The position numbers and the translations under genes are program-made. A stretch of 64,000 nt of DNA from Verrucomicrobiota bacterium (lineage in GTDB: Bacteria > Verrucomicrobiota > Verrucomicrobiia > Opitutales > Seribacteraceae), in the NCBI GenBank assembly GCA_027622665.1, contig JAQBYT010000001.1, forward strand, positions 224,001 through 288,000, read 5' to 3'. Each line of letters begins with the position of its first letter. The first letter of the stretch is position 1. Positions 38,349 to 48,602 of the stretch are shown in pieces. The notes beneath the pieces are model-generated. The model was not told where the DNA came from, made no database searches, and saw nothing but the letters and a program-made list of their open reading frames with translations.

Positions 38349-39788
38349 TCAAGCAGTAGGCAAAAGTTCTTGAATCGGGGAGCCATATGGCAGGATAGGC
38401 ATAGGGCGACCGGCACGGTCGGGAAACGCAATATTATAATCTATGCCCAAATGTCGGTAAACGGTGGCCCAAAGGTCGTTGGGAGACAAGGGCCGCTCGA
38501 CAGGTTCCTCGCCCTTCGAATCGGTTGCCCCAATCACCTGACCCGTGCGCATACCACCACCGGAAACGAGCATGCTCATTGCCCGCGGCCAATGGTCCCG
38601 GCCAGGTTGATTCACCTTTGTCTTCGTGCCCTTGCCTATCGAAATGCGGGGAGTGCGGCCGAACTCGCCCGTAACGACAAGCATGACCTTCTTGTTTAAA
38701 CCTCTTTCATAAAGGTCCTCCACCATCGCGGTGATAACCTTGTCGTAGATCGGAAGGCGCACCTTTGAATCCTTGAAAATGTGGGCGTTCACGGCATGAC
38801 TGTCCCAATTGTAGGCACCTTCATCGATCCAAGGCACACCAGTATCGCCGTAAGGATTTTCCATTACTACCGTCACCCAATTTGCTCCCGCTTCCACCAA
38901 CCGACGAGCCAGCAACGCTCGAGTCCCCCAGTTATGGTTGCTGAATCGATCTCGAGTGCGCTGAGATTCCTTACTCAAATCAAAGGCATCGCGCACATTT
39001 TCGGAAGTCATCATACTCAATGCGCGCTGGTTAAAAAGATCCATCGAGTTAAAAACACCGCTGTTGTCAACGTCCCGACGCATCCGGTCGAAATTATGAA
39101 GGAGTGAGGTTCGGTCGTTAAGCCGGTCGGACAGACTTTTATCGATATCGATGTTCTCGACCTTGAAGTCCTTTTTACTTGGATCGGCCGAAATGGCAAA
39201 AGGATGGGTCTCCGCACCCAAATAGGCAGATCCAAAACTAAAAGTGTCGATCCCGTTGACCCTACCATTACCGAGAGCCATATATCCAGGCATCCCTCGG
39301 GTATCCCGCTTGCCCTCGAGCGCCTTGAAGGCCATAGAGCCCACGCAGGGATAGTCATTTACGAAACCAGTCGGCTCATTTGGGTCACGACCAGTCAGAA
39401 AACGCTTATGGCCGCCGCCATGGTCGGAAAAGGTGTGGTGGACAGAGCGAATCAGGTTGTACTTGTCCGCACACTTGGCATGCATCGGCAAAAGTTCGCA
39501 AACCTCGATGCCCGGCACATTCGTACGAATGGGATTGAACTCACCTCGATGCGTATCGGGAGCATCGGGTTTCATGTCGTAGGTCTCCATGTGTGGTGCG
39601 CCACCAGGGAGCCAGACAAAGATTACCGATGTGTCCTGCGCCATGCTTCCAGCAGAAGCAGACAGGTCACGAGCCTTTAGGAGACTGCTTAAACCCAAAC
39701 CTCCGGCGGCAGCCCCACCGATTTGGAGAAAACTGCGCCGCGGCATAGGTCCCGGACACAAACCATTTAATTCTCCATGCTTCATCAA
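38349..39788 (-). CDS. DUF1501 domain-containing protein
   Basis: RRSFLQIG, GGAPHMETYDMKP, WDSH, GEFGRTP, GRDHWP. Confidence 0.93.
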   Translation of the reverse strand: MMKHGELNGLCPGPMPRRSFLQIGGAAAGGLGLSSLLKARDLSASAGSMAQDTSVIFVWLPGGAPHMETYDMKPDAPDTHRGEFNPIRTNVPGIEVCELLPMHAKCADKYNLIRSVHHTFSDHGGGHKRFLTGRDPNEPTGFVNDYPCVGSMAFKALEGKRDTRGMPGYMALGNGRVNGIDTFSFGSAYLGAETHPFAISADPSKKDFKVENIDIDKSLSDRLNDRTSLLHNFDRMRRDVDNSGVFNSMDLFNQRALSMMTSENVRDAFDLSKESQRTRDRFSNHNWGTRALLARRLVEAGANWVTVVMENPYGDTGVPWIDEGAYNWDSHAVNAHIFKDSKVRLPIYDKVITAMVEDLYERGLNKKVMLVVTGEFGRTPRISIGKGTKTKVNQPGRDHWPRAMSMLVSGGGMRTGQVIGATDSKGEEPVERPLSPNDLWATVYRHLGIDYNIAFPDRAGRPMPILPYGSPIQELLPTA

Positions 39789-39880
39789 ACAATATATTTC
39801 ATTAAAACACCTGCTTCGTCAAGAATCCAAACCTTTGCAGGAAGCAAATTCCCAGGAAAGATTTTGACGAAATTCAACAA

Positions 39881-40864
39881 TCAAGAACGCTCTTTCCAGT
39901 CGTAGGCTACCCGAGAATTTCTCCAGAAAAACTTTTCCGACTGCTCGACGGGCATTTCGGCAAGATATTCCTTCAAAATATCGATTGCCATAGAGTAGGG
40001 AGCGGTATGATCGCTGACAGGCCAATTGCTCCCGTAAAGGAGGCGATTCTCCCCGAAGATCTTCCAGAGATGATCCAATCCTGACCGATAAGTAGCCGCG
40101 TGTTGAAATTCCGGAGCAAGTTTTCTTACGATGTTTGAAACCTTTGCAAAAACATTTGGTCTTGTCGCCAGATTTTCCATAGCCCGTTCGGCAGCATCTC
40201 GCACAAATGAATCCGTTGAGATATCAAACGGGAAATGGTTGATGATGATCCGCAAAGTAGGCACTATTTCAGCCAAATTCACAATATTCGGCAACATGGC
40301 GGGTCCACCCAAGACATCCACGCTGAGCCCCTGAGCCGCGATATACCGCAAATCATCGACATAAGAAACACCCGAAAAGTCAGCCAACTCCTTTTCTCGG
40401 ATACGAATTCCTCGAAAGAGAGGGTTTTTCGCGAATAGTTCCAGATGCCCCTGGAACTCGAGGTCGCCTACCGGCAAATTGCCCACAACGCCAAGGATAG
40501 ATGGATTTTCATCCGCGAGATCGAGAAGCCATTGATTATCCTCTATTCGATGTGAAGCTTCAACCAAGATTGATTCTCGTACGGCATGAGATTCAGCTGT
40601 TTTTAAGAAATCCTTAGGCAGAACAGTACGATAAAGAAGTTTGTCCTTCTGCTCGGGCCAAACCACTCCGCCTTTGCGACCAGGATCGTAACAATGAATG
40701 TGAGCGTCGACAAAGCGTGAAACTCGCGCCTTCGAGCTTCGAGCCTTTTGCGGTTGGGTTTCAGGCCACTGCCGCACACACCCTGGCATAAGAGAACCAA
40801 TACCCAAACCACTTGCGGCAAGAAAGGTCCGACGATCAACTGCGAATTGGCGGCTCGTTGTCAT
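39881..40864 (-). CDS. Amidohydrolase_2 family protein (sugar-lactonase-like), Tat signal
   Basis: DRRTFL, VDAHIH, IINH, RLLYGSNWPVS. Confidence 0.88.
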   Translation of the reverse strand: MTTSRQFAVDRRTFLAASGLGIGSLMPGCVRQWPETQPQKARSSKARVSRFVDAHIHCYDPGRKGGVVWPEQKDKLLYRTVLPKDFLKTAESHAVRESILVEASHRIEDNQWLLDLADENPSILGVVGNLPVGDLEFQGHLELFAKNPLFRGIRIREKELADFSGVSYVDDLRYIAAQGLSVDVLGGPAMLPNIVNLAEIVPTLRIIINHFPFDISTDSFVRDAAERAMENLATRPNVFAKVSNIVRKLAPEFQHAATYRSGLDHLWKIFGENRLLYGSNWPVSDHTAPYSMAIDILKEYLAEMPVEQSEKFFWRNSRVAYDWKERS

Positions 40865-41044
40865 GTAATGGAGAACATCTTGAACACTTGCTTAAACAAT
40901 ATGGCTAATTATTGACCTTGATAGCAACTGCATCCAACTGCAGAGGAAGACTCATTGTCAATAGGCCTGACGACCATTAGAGAAGAAATGGAGTCGCAGC
41001 ACCGCATTCACGCCAAGAGAGAGTAGCATGTTATTATTATTTGA

Positions 41045-41087
41045 TGCCTGGTCGCTCAGTGGCAGAGCAGGTGACTGTTGATCACTT
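41045..41087 (+). pseudogene. 5' half fragment of tRNA-Asn
   Basis: TGCCTGGTCGCTCAGTGGCAGAGCAGGTGACTGTTGATCACT gives D-arm and GTT anticodon arm; no T-arm follows. Confidence 0.6.
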
Positions 41088-41518
41088 TAAAGTCCAGAAG
41101 GAAGGCCAGTAAGCATGGGACATTCAAAAAATGCTGCTCTTTTAACTACGCTATAAAGCCGCTCTCAAATTGCCAAAGTCGCAAAGAACCTTCACATTTT
41201 GTTAAGGAACCCACCCAAGGGTTTTATCGTGCAGCGCAACACCGCACAAAGCGACCCAATCGCCAGTGGCATCGACCACGCAGGACGAGAGCGGGCTAGG
41301 ACTTAAAACAGATTTCACCAATACCCGATGTCCGACCGGATCGGGCCAATTTTGACCACCGCCAAGGCTCTCGCGAGGACCAATCGATTCAACCACATTT
41401 TGAAATTTCAGTATTCCCTCACCGTTTCCCACTAGATCTTATGCTAATCCACAACAAAAGATCATTCCCCGAAAACGCGAAAACTAAAATGTTCGCATTT
41501 GATCGGTAGGGCGTAAGA

Positions 41519-41594
41519 TGGCTCTCCGGGCTGGGCTCGAACCAGCGACCCATTGATTAACAGTCAATTGCTCTGCCAACTGAGCTACCGGAGA
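41519..41594 (-). tRNA. tRNA-Asn (GTT)
   Basis: Reverse complement TCTCCGGTAGCTCAGTTGGCAGAGCAATTGACTGTTAATCAATGGGTCGCTGGTTCGAGCCCAGCCCGGAGAGCCA. Confidence 0.97.
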
Positions 41595-41832
41595 ATAAAA
41601 GCCTTCTTATCCTTATTTATCAATGCATCGTCAAGAACAACTTGAAACCCATTTGAGATTGGCCGCTTGCCCTCGGCGACGACTTGTTAAATTCGTTTCC
41701 TCATTTTTGCTACACTGATTAGCTACACTTTCCAGCCTAGCAAAGTGTAGCCGCATGTCTCGACTGGAGCAGGCATGAAAACTGCCGACCCCTATAGATA
41801 CTAGTTTTGTAGCCTATTTCCAGGTGGCCCTC

Positions 41833-41907
41833 GGCCGTGCAGCTCAACCCTTGAGCGAGTGACTGTTAATCAATGGTAGACTGATTCGAATCCAGCATGC
41901 GCAGCCC
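41833..41907 (+). pseudogene. Degenerate tRNA-Asn-like sequence
   Basis: AGCTCA..TGAGC D-arm, GACTGTTAATC anticodon loop, TTCGAATCC T-loop; acceptor stem does not pair. Confidence 0.6.
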
Positions 41908-41926
41908 CTCTTTTTGCTAAGGCTGG

Positions 41927-43291
41927 CTACGGTTCTCGTACATCCAATTCAGGCCAACGGTCTAATTTTCGGTGAAGCGTTCGACGGCTTACTCCCATTA
42001 GCTCCGCGGCCTTCGTACGATTGCCCCCCGCCCGAACCAAGGCGTTGCGGAGGAGACGTTTTTCATTTTCCTCCACCGAAAGATTCTCACCGGGGGAGCG
42101 TTCGTCTACGAGGAGATCAGTAGGTGCGGAGAAGCGGGGATCAAGATCATACTCGGTAATTTCGCTTCCTCTCTTGAGAACAACCATATTCTCACAAAAG
42201 TTTCGCAACTCCCGGACATTGCCCGGCCAGGAATACGAGCGAAGGATGGATAATGCCTGAGCACTGGGAATCGGGGTAGTCAAACCGTTCTCCTCGGCAA
42301 ACTCTTCCAAAAAATGGTTAAGGAGGATTGGAACGTCGTCTGCACGTTCTCGAAGCGAGGGAAGTTGGATACGAATAACGTTGAGCCGGTAAAACAAGTC
42401 GTCCCGAAACTCGCCTTTCTTGAGCATATTTTCGAGATTCCGATTCGTGGCACAAACAAGTCGCGCATTTACGACAATCGGCTTCATACTGCCAAGACGC
42501 TCAATTGTTTTGGATTCTAAAAAACGAAGTAGCTTCACTTGAGTTGAAGGATCGATTTCTCCAATTTCATCTAAAAAGAGAGTTCCATTGTCCGCCGCCT
42601 CAAAACGACCGATACGCCGTTCGGCAGCACCTGTGAAAGCACCTTTCTCATGTCCGAACAATTCACTTTCCAAAAGATTTGCAGGAAGAGCAGCGCAGTG
42701 GACAGGTACGTATGGGCCCCGAGCGCGGTCGCTGTTTTGATGAATGGCTTGAGCAATCAGTTCTTTGCCCGTACCGGTCTCACCCTGCAGTAAAACGGAA
42801 GCTTTGGAAGGTGCAACCAGCCTCACCTTCTCCAACACCTCCTCAAGAGCCGAAGACTCACCCAAGATGCCATCAAAACTGTATTTCTTATCTAGGCGAC
42901 GATGAAGAGCTGCATTTTCCTCAGTTAAATTCCGTGAATCAAGACCACGGCGAATGAGGATTTCCAATTTCTCCAGGTTCAAGGGCTTAGAGAGAAAATC
43001 AAAAGCTCCCCGTTTCATGGCTTCCACGGCAACATCTACGTCTCCATAGGCCGTCATCATTATGCAAACAGGCCTGTTCGGCATCCGAATGGCATGATCA
43101 ATAACGCTCATTCCGGAAGATCCCGACATGCGAAGATCAGTCAGGACGATATCGAATTTCTCGGCATCAAGTAGGTTGAACGCTTCCTCGGGATCCGAAG
43201 CCAAGTATATGTCGTATTTCTCTTCAAGAGCTAACTCCAGGCCTTCGCGAGTGTGTTGCTCGTCGTCAACGATGAGGATTGTTGCTGGCAT
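41927..43291 (-). CDS. Sigma-54-dependent response regulator (NtrC/AtoC family)
   Basis: REC domain, [31 protein letters not shown], Fis HTH. Confidence 0.95.
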   Translation of the reverse strand: MPATILIVDDEQHTREGLELALEEKYDIYLASDPEEAFNLLDAEKFDIVLTDLRMSGSSGMSVIDHAIRMPNRPVCIMMTAYGDVDVAVEAMKRGAFDFLSKPLNLEKLEILIRRGLDSRNLTEENAALHRRLDKKYSFDGILGESSALEEVLEKVRLVAPSKASVLLQGETGTGKELIAQAIHQNSDRARGPYVPVHCAALPANLLESELFGHEKGAFTGAAERRIGRFEAADNGTLFLDEIGEIDPSTQVKLLRFLESKTIERLGSMKPIVVNARLVCATNRNLENMLKKGEFRDDLFYRLNVIRIQLPSLRERADDVPILLNHFLEEFAEENGLTTPIPSAQALSILRSYSWPGNVRELRNFCENMVVLKRGSEITEYDLDPRFSAPTDLLVDERSPGENLSVEENEKRLLRNALVRAGGNRTKAAELMGVSRRTLHRKLDRWPELDVREP

Positions 43292-43327
43292 TTCTAAATA
43301 ATTCAGTCGGATTGATATAAGTATATT

Positions 43328-44506
43328 TCACTGCTCCTCAAGTAGCTTCATTCGTCGATCTTTTCTTGGAAAACGGAGGGTCACAATAGTGCCCGCACCT
43401 GGCTTGCTGTCGATGCCTACGTCACCTCCATGATCTCGCATAATACGATAGACGATCATCATCCCTATGCCATGACCATTTTTTTTCGTGGTGTAATAGG
43501 GCTCGAACACCTTTGGAATATCTTCCTTCGCAATGCCGACCCCCGAGTCGACAAACTGTACATAGACGTTTTCGTCGTCTCCGCGAGTAACGATGCTTAA
43601 CTTTGGATCCTTCCCCATAGCGTCGATAGCGTTGCCAATCACATTGAAAAAAACCTGTTTCAATTGGTCTGGGTCTGCAAAAACGAAAGGTGTTTTCGCG
43701 CCCTCCTCCACTTGAATGCTTACCTTCCGGGCTTTAAATTCCTCTTCCCGACCTCGCAAGGATTCTTCCAGCAACTCAAGTAGGTTGGTATCACGAAAAT
43801 CAGGTTTCGAAGGTCGAATCGCCTCAAGAAAATGGGCAATGATGCCATCTAGGCGCTCCACCTCTTTCACGCAGGCGCCGAGGGACTTTTCAAGTTTTTC
43901 GTTTTCGGCTATTTCATCAAGACGGCGCATCATTAGCTGCAGATGAATATTAATCGAGTTGAGAGGGTTTCCGAGTTCGTGAGCAACTCCAGCAGCCAAG
44001 TTCATTACACTCGCTATCTTTTCGCTCTCGATCAACTCCTCGGTGGACACCTTGTCCTCCGTAACATCAGACAACACAACTGCAAGACTGCGAGAATGTT
44101 TGGTTGCTTCGAGATTGTCCTCGCTGTCGATGGGGACGGCATAGAGCCGAACATAGCGATATTCGGGATAAGAAATGCTTAACTCTCGTTTAATTACATC
44201 GGCTTCAGGAAATCCGGTCTTACGATCAAGCCCCAATGCTCGTGCAATCTCGGGTGCGGCTCGAGCCACCTTTACTTTTCCGACTGCACTTTCCTTCAAT
44301 CCAATTAGACGTCGACCTTGCAGGTTCGCGTACTGAATAGAGCCCGCACCATCGAGAACCAAAATTCCATCACGTATAACATCGAAGATGGTTTCCAATA
44401 ACCGCCGCTCCTTGGCCAACTTTTGCACCAGAATGCCAAGATTTACCTCGTCTAGGTCTTCAATGCGTCCAAGGACACGATCAAGTGGACTTCGGCGAGG
44501 TTTCAC
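43328..44506 (-). CDS. Cytoplasmic PAS-containing sensor histidine kinase
   Basis: AGVAHELGNPL H-box, QVFFNVIGNA, DSGVGI, GHGIGM; no obvious TM segment. Confidence 0.92.
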   Translation of the reverse strand: MKPRRSPLDRVLGRIEDLDEVNLGILVQKLAKERRLLETIFDVIRDGILVLDGAGSIQYANLQGRRLIGLKESAVGKVKVARAAPEIARALGLDRKTGFPEADVIKRELSISYPEYRYVRLYAVPIDSEDNLEATKHSRSLAVVLSDVTEDKVSTEELIESEKIASVMNLAAGVAHELGNPLNSINIHLQLMMRRLDEIAENEKLEKSLGACVKEVERLDGIIAHFLEAIRPSKPDFRDTNLLELLEESLRGREEEFKARKVSIQVEEGAKTPFVFADPDQLKQVFFNVIGNAIDAMGKDPKLSIVTRGDDENVYVQFVDSGVGIAKEDIPKVFEPYYTTKKNGHGIGMMIVYRIMRDHGGDVGIDSKPGAGTIVTLRFPRKDRRMKLLEEQ

Positions 44507-45147
44507 GAATCTATCCTTTCCAAAAGAATACGGGCTACTTCAAGCTTCGGGGCGAGATCGATAGGGACGACCTCCCCATTTCTCCCAAGCAAAGTAACCT
44601 CGTTAAAATCGGATGCGAATCCACGCTCAGGCAATGACACATCGTTCACTACGATCCAATCAAGATTCTTTTCACGAAGCTTTCGCTCTCCATTGCTCAA
44701 GCAATCGTTTGTCTCAGCGGCAAAGCCGACGAGGTTTTGACCAGAAACTTTGCGGCGACCAAGTTCCGCCAAAATATCGGGAGTCTGCTCCAGTTCCAAA
44801 ATCGTGCTCATTTCACCTTTCTTTAGTTTGCTTTTAGCAACGAAAGCCGGTTTGTGGTCGCAGACGGCGGCAGCCATTATCATGAAGTCGCATGATGAAA
44901 AGATGTCAAGGCAAGCGGCAAGCATCTCATCAGCGGTTTCTACAAAAGTCCGTCTCACGCTGGACTTTACGTCAAGAGTAACCGGTCCGCTAATCAAATC
45001 TACTTCCCAGCCACGTTCACGAGCTGCATCGACTACGGCAAAACCCATCTTGCCCGTTGACGGGTTCGAGAGGAAACGGACGGGATCCAACCATTCTCTA
45101 GTGGGTCCCGCCGTAACCAAACAACGAATTGAGCTTGCTTTTGTCAC
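44503..45147 (-). CDS. coaB: Phosphopantothenate-cysteine ligase domain (stand-alone CoaB half of CoaBC)
   Basis: VTAGPTREWLDPVRFLSNPSTGKMG, AAAVCD, VGFAAET, WIVVNDVS; GTG start at 45147 inferred. Confidence 0.88.
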   Translation of the reverse strand: MTKASSIRCLVTAGPTREWLDPVRFLSNPSTGKMGFAVVDAARERGWEVDLISGPVTLDVKSSVRRTFVETADEMLAACLDIFSSCDFMIMAAAVCDHKPAFVAKSKLKKGEMSTILELEQTPDILAELGRRKVSGQNLVGFAAETNDCLSNGERKLREKNLDWIVVNDVSLPERGFASDFNEVTLLGRNGEVVPIDLAPKLEVARILLERIDS

Positions 45148-45218
45148 ATTGAAAGAAAGGCTCGCGATGATATCGAATTTTGCCGACAAACACAATATTT
45201 CTTAGAAACCAACATCAG

Positions 45219-45980
45219 ATGCAAAACCCAAAACGGGAAAACATTTGGCTGAATTTCGGATTCAATCTAATTCTGCCTATCTTAATCCTCCGAAAAGGAG
45301 ATGATTGGCTAGGAGATCCCCTTGCGGGTTTGCTTGACGCTCCCAGCGATGGACCACTGGTGGGTTCCGTCATTCTAGTCTTGGCGGTCTTATTCCCCAT
45401 AGGATACGGCATATGGGATCTGCTCCGTCGCAAGCGCTGGAACATCATTTCCATTTTGGGTGCAGTGAGTGCATTCCTTACCGGCGGCATAGGACTAGTT
45501 CCAGGTGCCACGGTCGCGATGTTCGCGATAAAAGAAGCAGCCCTTCCGGCCATTTTTGCCATATTGACCGTGGCAACGCTCAATACGAAAAAGCCTCTCG
45601 TAAAGTTGTTTTTATACAATCCCGACGTAATTAACGTGGATCGGGTGGAAGCCGCGTTGGAAGAACGCTCCGCAAAAGCCAAGTTCGACAGGCTGTTGGC
45701 CATGTGCACTTGGTACATTGCCTCAACCTTCATTCTAAGCGCCATTCTCAACTATGCTCTTGCGAGAATCATCGTTAAGACGGAACCGCATATAAACAAA
45801 ATCGCTTTCAACGATGAGGTTGGTTCTATGATGGTATGGAGTTTCCCGATTATCAGCATACCTTGCATGATCGTTACCGCTTTTGCCTTTTGGAAATTGA
45901 TACAAGGCATCAAGTCCCACGCAGGACTAGCCATTGAAGAAGTTCTTGTTGGCGCAGAACAGGTATCGAAAAATAAGTAA
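45219..45980 (+). CDS. VC0807-family-like membrane protein
   Basis: Multi-TM protein with REN.WLN.GFN, LTGGIGL, FAIKEAALP, F.LSA.LNY.LA. Confidence 0.7.
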   Translation: MQNPKRENIWLNFGFNLILPILILRKGDDWLGDPLAGLLDAPSDGPLVGSVILVLAVLFPIGYGIWDLLRRKRWNIISILGAVSAFLTGGIGLVPGATVAMFAIKEAALPAIFAILTVATLNTKKPLVKLFLYNPDVINVDRVEAALEERSAKAKFDRLLAMCTWYIASTFILSAILNYALARIIVKTEPHINKIAFNDEVGSMMVWSFPIISIPCMIVTAFAFWKLIQGIKSHAGLAIEEVLVGAEQVSKNK

Positions 45981-45987
45981 AAGGGAT

Positions 45988-47274
45988 TTAGCGTTCTTCA
46001 AGTGGAATGTACAAGCGCTCAGGGGCACCTTGGTAAATTTGGCGTGGGCGATGGATTTTGCCGCCACTCTCAGCAATTTCTTTCCAGTGAGCAAGCCATC
46101 CAGGAGCCCGACCGATAGCAAAAAGGACCGTAAACATATCTGTGGGAAATCCTAAAGCTTGGAGGATAATACCGCTGTAAAAATCGACGTTTGGATATAG
46201 CTTTCGCTTAATGAAGTACTCGTCCTGCAATGCCACCTCTTCAAGATGGCGAGCGATATCCAAAATGGGGGAAGAAACGCCTAAAGCTTCGAGAGCGCTA
46301 TCGCAGGCGCCTTTCAGGATTTTTGCTCGAGGATCGTAATTTCGGTAGACTCGATGCCCAAAACCCATAAGGCGAGTTTTGCCTTCCTTGGCAGCAAGAA
46401 TGAAACGCGAACCGTCATCTCCGGACTCATGAATCTCGTCGAGCATTTTGATGACAGCCATGTTTGCCCCCCCATGAAGAGGACCCCAAAGAGCACATAC
46501 CGCACCAGCAAGAGAAGCGAACGGGTTCGCCCCGCCTGATGCGATCATTCGACCGGTGGAAGTGGAACAATTTTGCTCATGATCGGCATGCAGAAGGAAA
46601 ATGAGATCCAAGGCTTTACTTACTGCGGGAGGGATCGCTTCACCGTTGTCGGTCTTGGAAAACATCATGGAGAGAAAATTCTCGCAGTAAGTATTCTCAG
46701 GATTGCTTTTGATCGGCGCAAGCCCCATGCGGGATCGGTGGTGCCGGGCAGCAATCTGCCGAATCGCCGAAATAATGATTGCTGCAGATTCGTCGAAGAC
46801 TGCCAAGTCCTTGACTCGGTCATTCGAAATCTTGTCGGGATGGCAGGTGCCGAGCGCATGAATACCGGCCGAAAGAACCGCCATAGGGTGAGCATCCTGA
46901 GGAAAGGCCTCAATGACGTTAGCCACCGATTCGGGAAGAACACCAGCTGCTGAAACACGTTGGCGAAAAGCCGTCAATTGGTCGTGGTTTGGAAGCTCCC
47001 CATAGATAACGAGATAGGCAGATTCGAGAAAAGTTGATTTTTTGGCTAATTCTTCGATGGGATAACCTCTGTAGCGAAGAATCCCCTTGTCGCCGTCAAT
47101 AAACGTAACCTTGCTTTCGCAAGAACCGGTATTGCCGTAACCATCGTCAAAAGTAATGAGACCGCTCTGCTGTCGAAAAGACCGCATGTCTATGGCACTC
47201 TCGTCCTCCGTTCCAGTAATAATTGATAGGTCGTAATTATCGTTGCCGATACGAATAGTAGCCGAATCTTCCAT
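45988..47274 (-). CDS. gltA: Citrate synthase
   Basis: GILRYRGYPIE, LHADHEQNCST, GPLHGGAN, MGFGHRVY, YPNVDFYSG. Confidence 0.96.
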   Translation of the reverse strand: MEDSATIRIGNDNYDLSIITGTEDESAIDMRSFRQQSGLITFDDGYGNTGSCESKVTFIDGDKGILRYRGYPIEELAKKSTFLESAYLVIYGELPNHDQLTAFRQRVSAAGVLPESVANVIEAFPQDAHPMAVLSAGIHALGTCHPDKISNDRVKDLAVFDESAAIIISAIRQIAARHHRSRMGLAPIKSNPENTYCENFLSMMFSKTDNGEAIPPAVSKALDLIFLLHADHEQNCSTSTGRMIASGGANPFASLAGAVCALWGPLHGGANMAVIKMLDEIHESGDDGSRFILAAKEGKTRLMGFGHRVYRNYDPRAKILKGACDSALEALGVSSPILDIARHLEEVALQDEYFIKRKLYPNVDFYSGIILQALGFPTDMFTVLFAIGRAPGWLAHWKEIAESGGKIHRPRQIYQGAPERLYIPLEER

Positions 47275-47335
47275 GAGGAAAAAAAAGGATGAGTAGAAAA
47301 ACAAAAAGCAGAACCACAGAGTAGCCTGCGTAAGA

Positions 47336-47968
47336 TTAGGGTTGGTTTACATTATCAAGAAAATTTCGGTAGATTTGCAATCCTTTTGCCTGACTTTTTT
47401 CAGGATGAAACTGCGTAGCATGACAATTTCTCGAAGTAATACCGCTGACGAACTCTCCGCCATAATCAGTTCGTGAGAAAACGATATCATCGTTCTCAGG
47501 TTCCACTCGGTAACTGTGAACGAAGTAAAACTGGTCCCCATCAACCAATCCGGCACGTAACCACCTGGGAGCAGTTTCCGAAAACACTAGGCTATTCCAG
47601 CCCATGTGAGGCACCTTGAATTCTGCAGGTAGACAAAATCTAGACACCTTTCCCGGAAAAACGGAAAGGCCCGGGGCATTGCCCTCTTCCGACCATTCAA
47701 AAAGGACTTGTAGACCTAGGCAAATTCCGAAATAGGGCCTATCGGCAGTAATCCATTCCTTCAAGAGGACATCGAATCCACTTCTCTTTAAGGTGCCCAT
47801 GCAATCTGGGAAACAACCTTGCCCGGGAAATACTAGAGCTGATGCATTTTCTGCAGCTGAAGGCTTGGTTGCCAAAATCACCTCGGAACCTAGGTTCTCG
47901 AAAGCCTTCACAACGCTTCGAATATTGCCTGTGCCGTAATCGATTACAGCCAACTTCTGTCTCATCAT
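47336..47968 (-). CDS. hisH: Imidazole glycerol phosphate synthase subunit HisH
   Basis: IDYGTGN, GICLGLQ, VPHMGWN, YFVHSY, QFHPEKS. Confidence 0.95.
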   Translation of the reverse strand: MMRQKLAVIDYGTGNIRSVVKAFENLGSEVILATKPSAAENASALVFPGQGCFPDCMGTLKRSGFDVLLKEWITADRPYFGICLGLQVLFEWSEEGNAPGLSVFPGKVSRFCLPAEFKVPHMGWNSLVFSETAPRWLRAGLVDGDQFYFVHSYRVEPENDDIVFSRTDYGGEFVSGITSRNCHATQFHPEKSQAKGLQIYRNFLDNVNQP

Positions 47969-47999
47969 CACAGGTGCTATGGTAAGTCGCAATAGAACT

Positions 48000-48602
48000 T
48001 CACTCGGAAAGCGTACCCTTGGTTGAGGGTATCGCTCCCCCGAGACGAGGTTCGTAACGGGTGGCCGCGTCTAGAGCACGGGCAAATCCCTTGAACACGG
48101 CTTCCACCACATGGTGCGGTTCTTCACCATACTCGAGGCGAACATGAAGGTTGGCTCCAGCTTCATTGGCAAAAGCCTGAAAAAATTCCTTGAACAAATT
48201 CACATTGAAGTCGCGGACAAAAGTGACGGGGGGCTCGGCATTATAAACTAGGTATGGACGATTGCTCAGATCCAAGGAGACGGTTACGAGGGTTTCGTCC
48301 ATGGGTAAGACAAAGAAGCCGTAGCGAGTAATGCCAGCACGGTTGCCCAATGCCTTACGCACCGCCTGACCTAGGGCCAAACCCGTATCCTCCACAAGAT
48401 GATGGTAGTCCACTTCAATATCGCCTCGGGCATCCACCGAGAGGTCGAAGAAACCATGACGGGCAAAAAGCTCAAGCATATGGTCAAAGAAGGGAGCACC
48501 TGTATTGATTTCCCCTTTGCCCTCTCCGTCGAGATTCAAAGAGAGATTAACGCAGGTTTCATTAGTCTCCCGCGAAACTTCACCTATTCGTGTGTTTTCC
48601 AT
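48000..48602 (-). CDS. hisB: Imidazoleglycerol-phosphate dehydratase
   Basis: [36 protein letters not shown]. Confidence 0.96.
   Translation of the reverse strand: MENTRIGEVSRETNETCVNLSLNLDGEGKGEINTGAPFFDHMLELFARHGFFDLSVDARGDIEVDYHHLVEDTGLALGQAVRKALGNRAGITRYGFFVLPMDETLVTVSLDLSNRPYLVYNAEPPVTFVRDFNVNLFKEFFQAFANEAGANLHVRLEYGEEPHHVVEAVFKGFARALDAATRYEPRLGGAIPSTKGTLSE

Noticed and set aside
34539..39788. DUF1501 plus PVC heme protein as a novel system
   Set aside because: Both are large, commonly expanded PVC families; nothing here beyond the usual architecture.
41202..41432. 76-aa minus-strand ORF in the tRNA-Asn region
   Set aside because: No recognisable motif or integrase signature; probably spurious or decayed.
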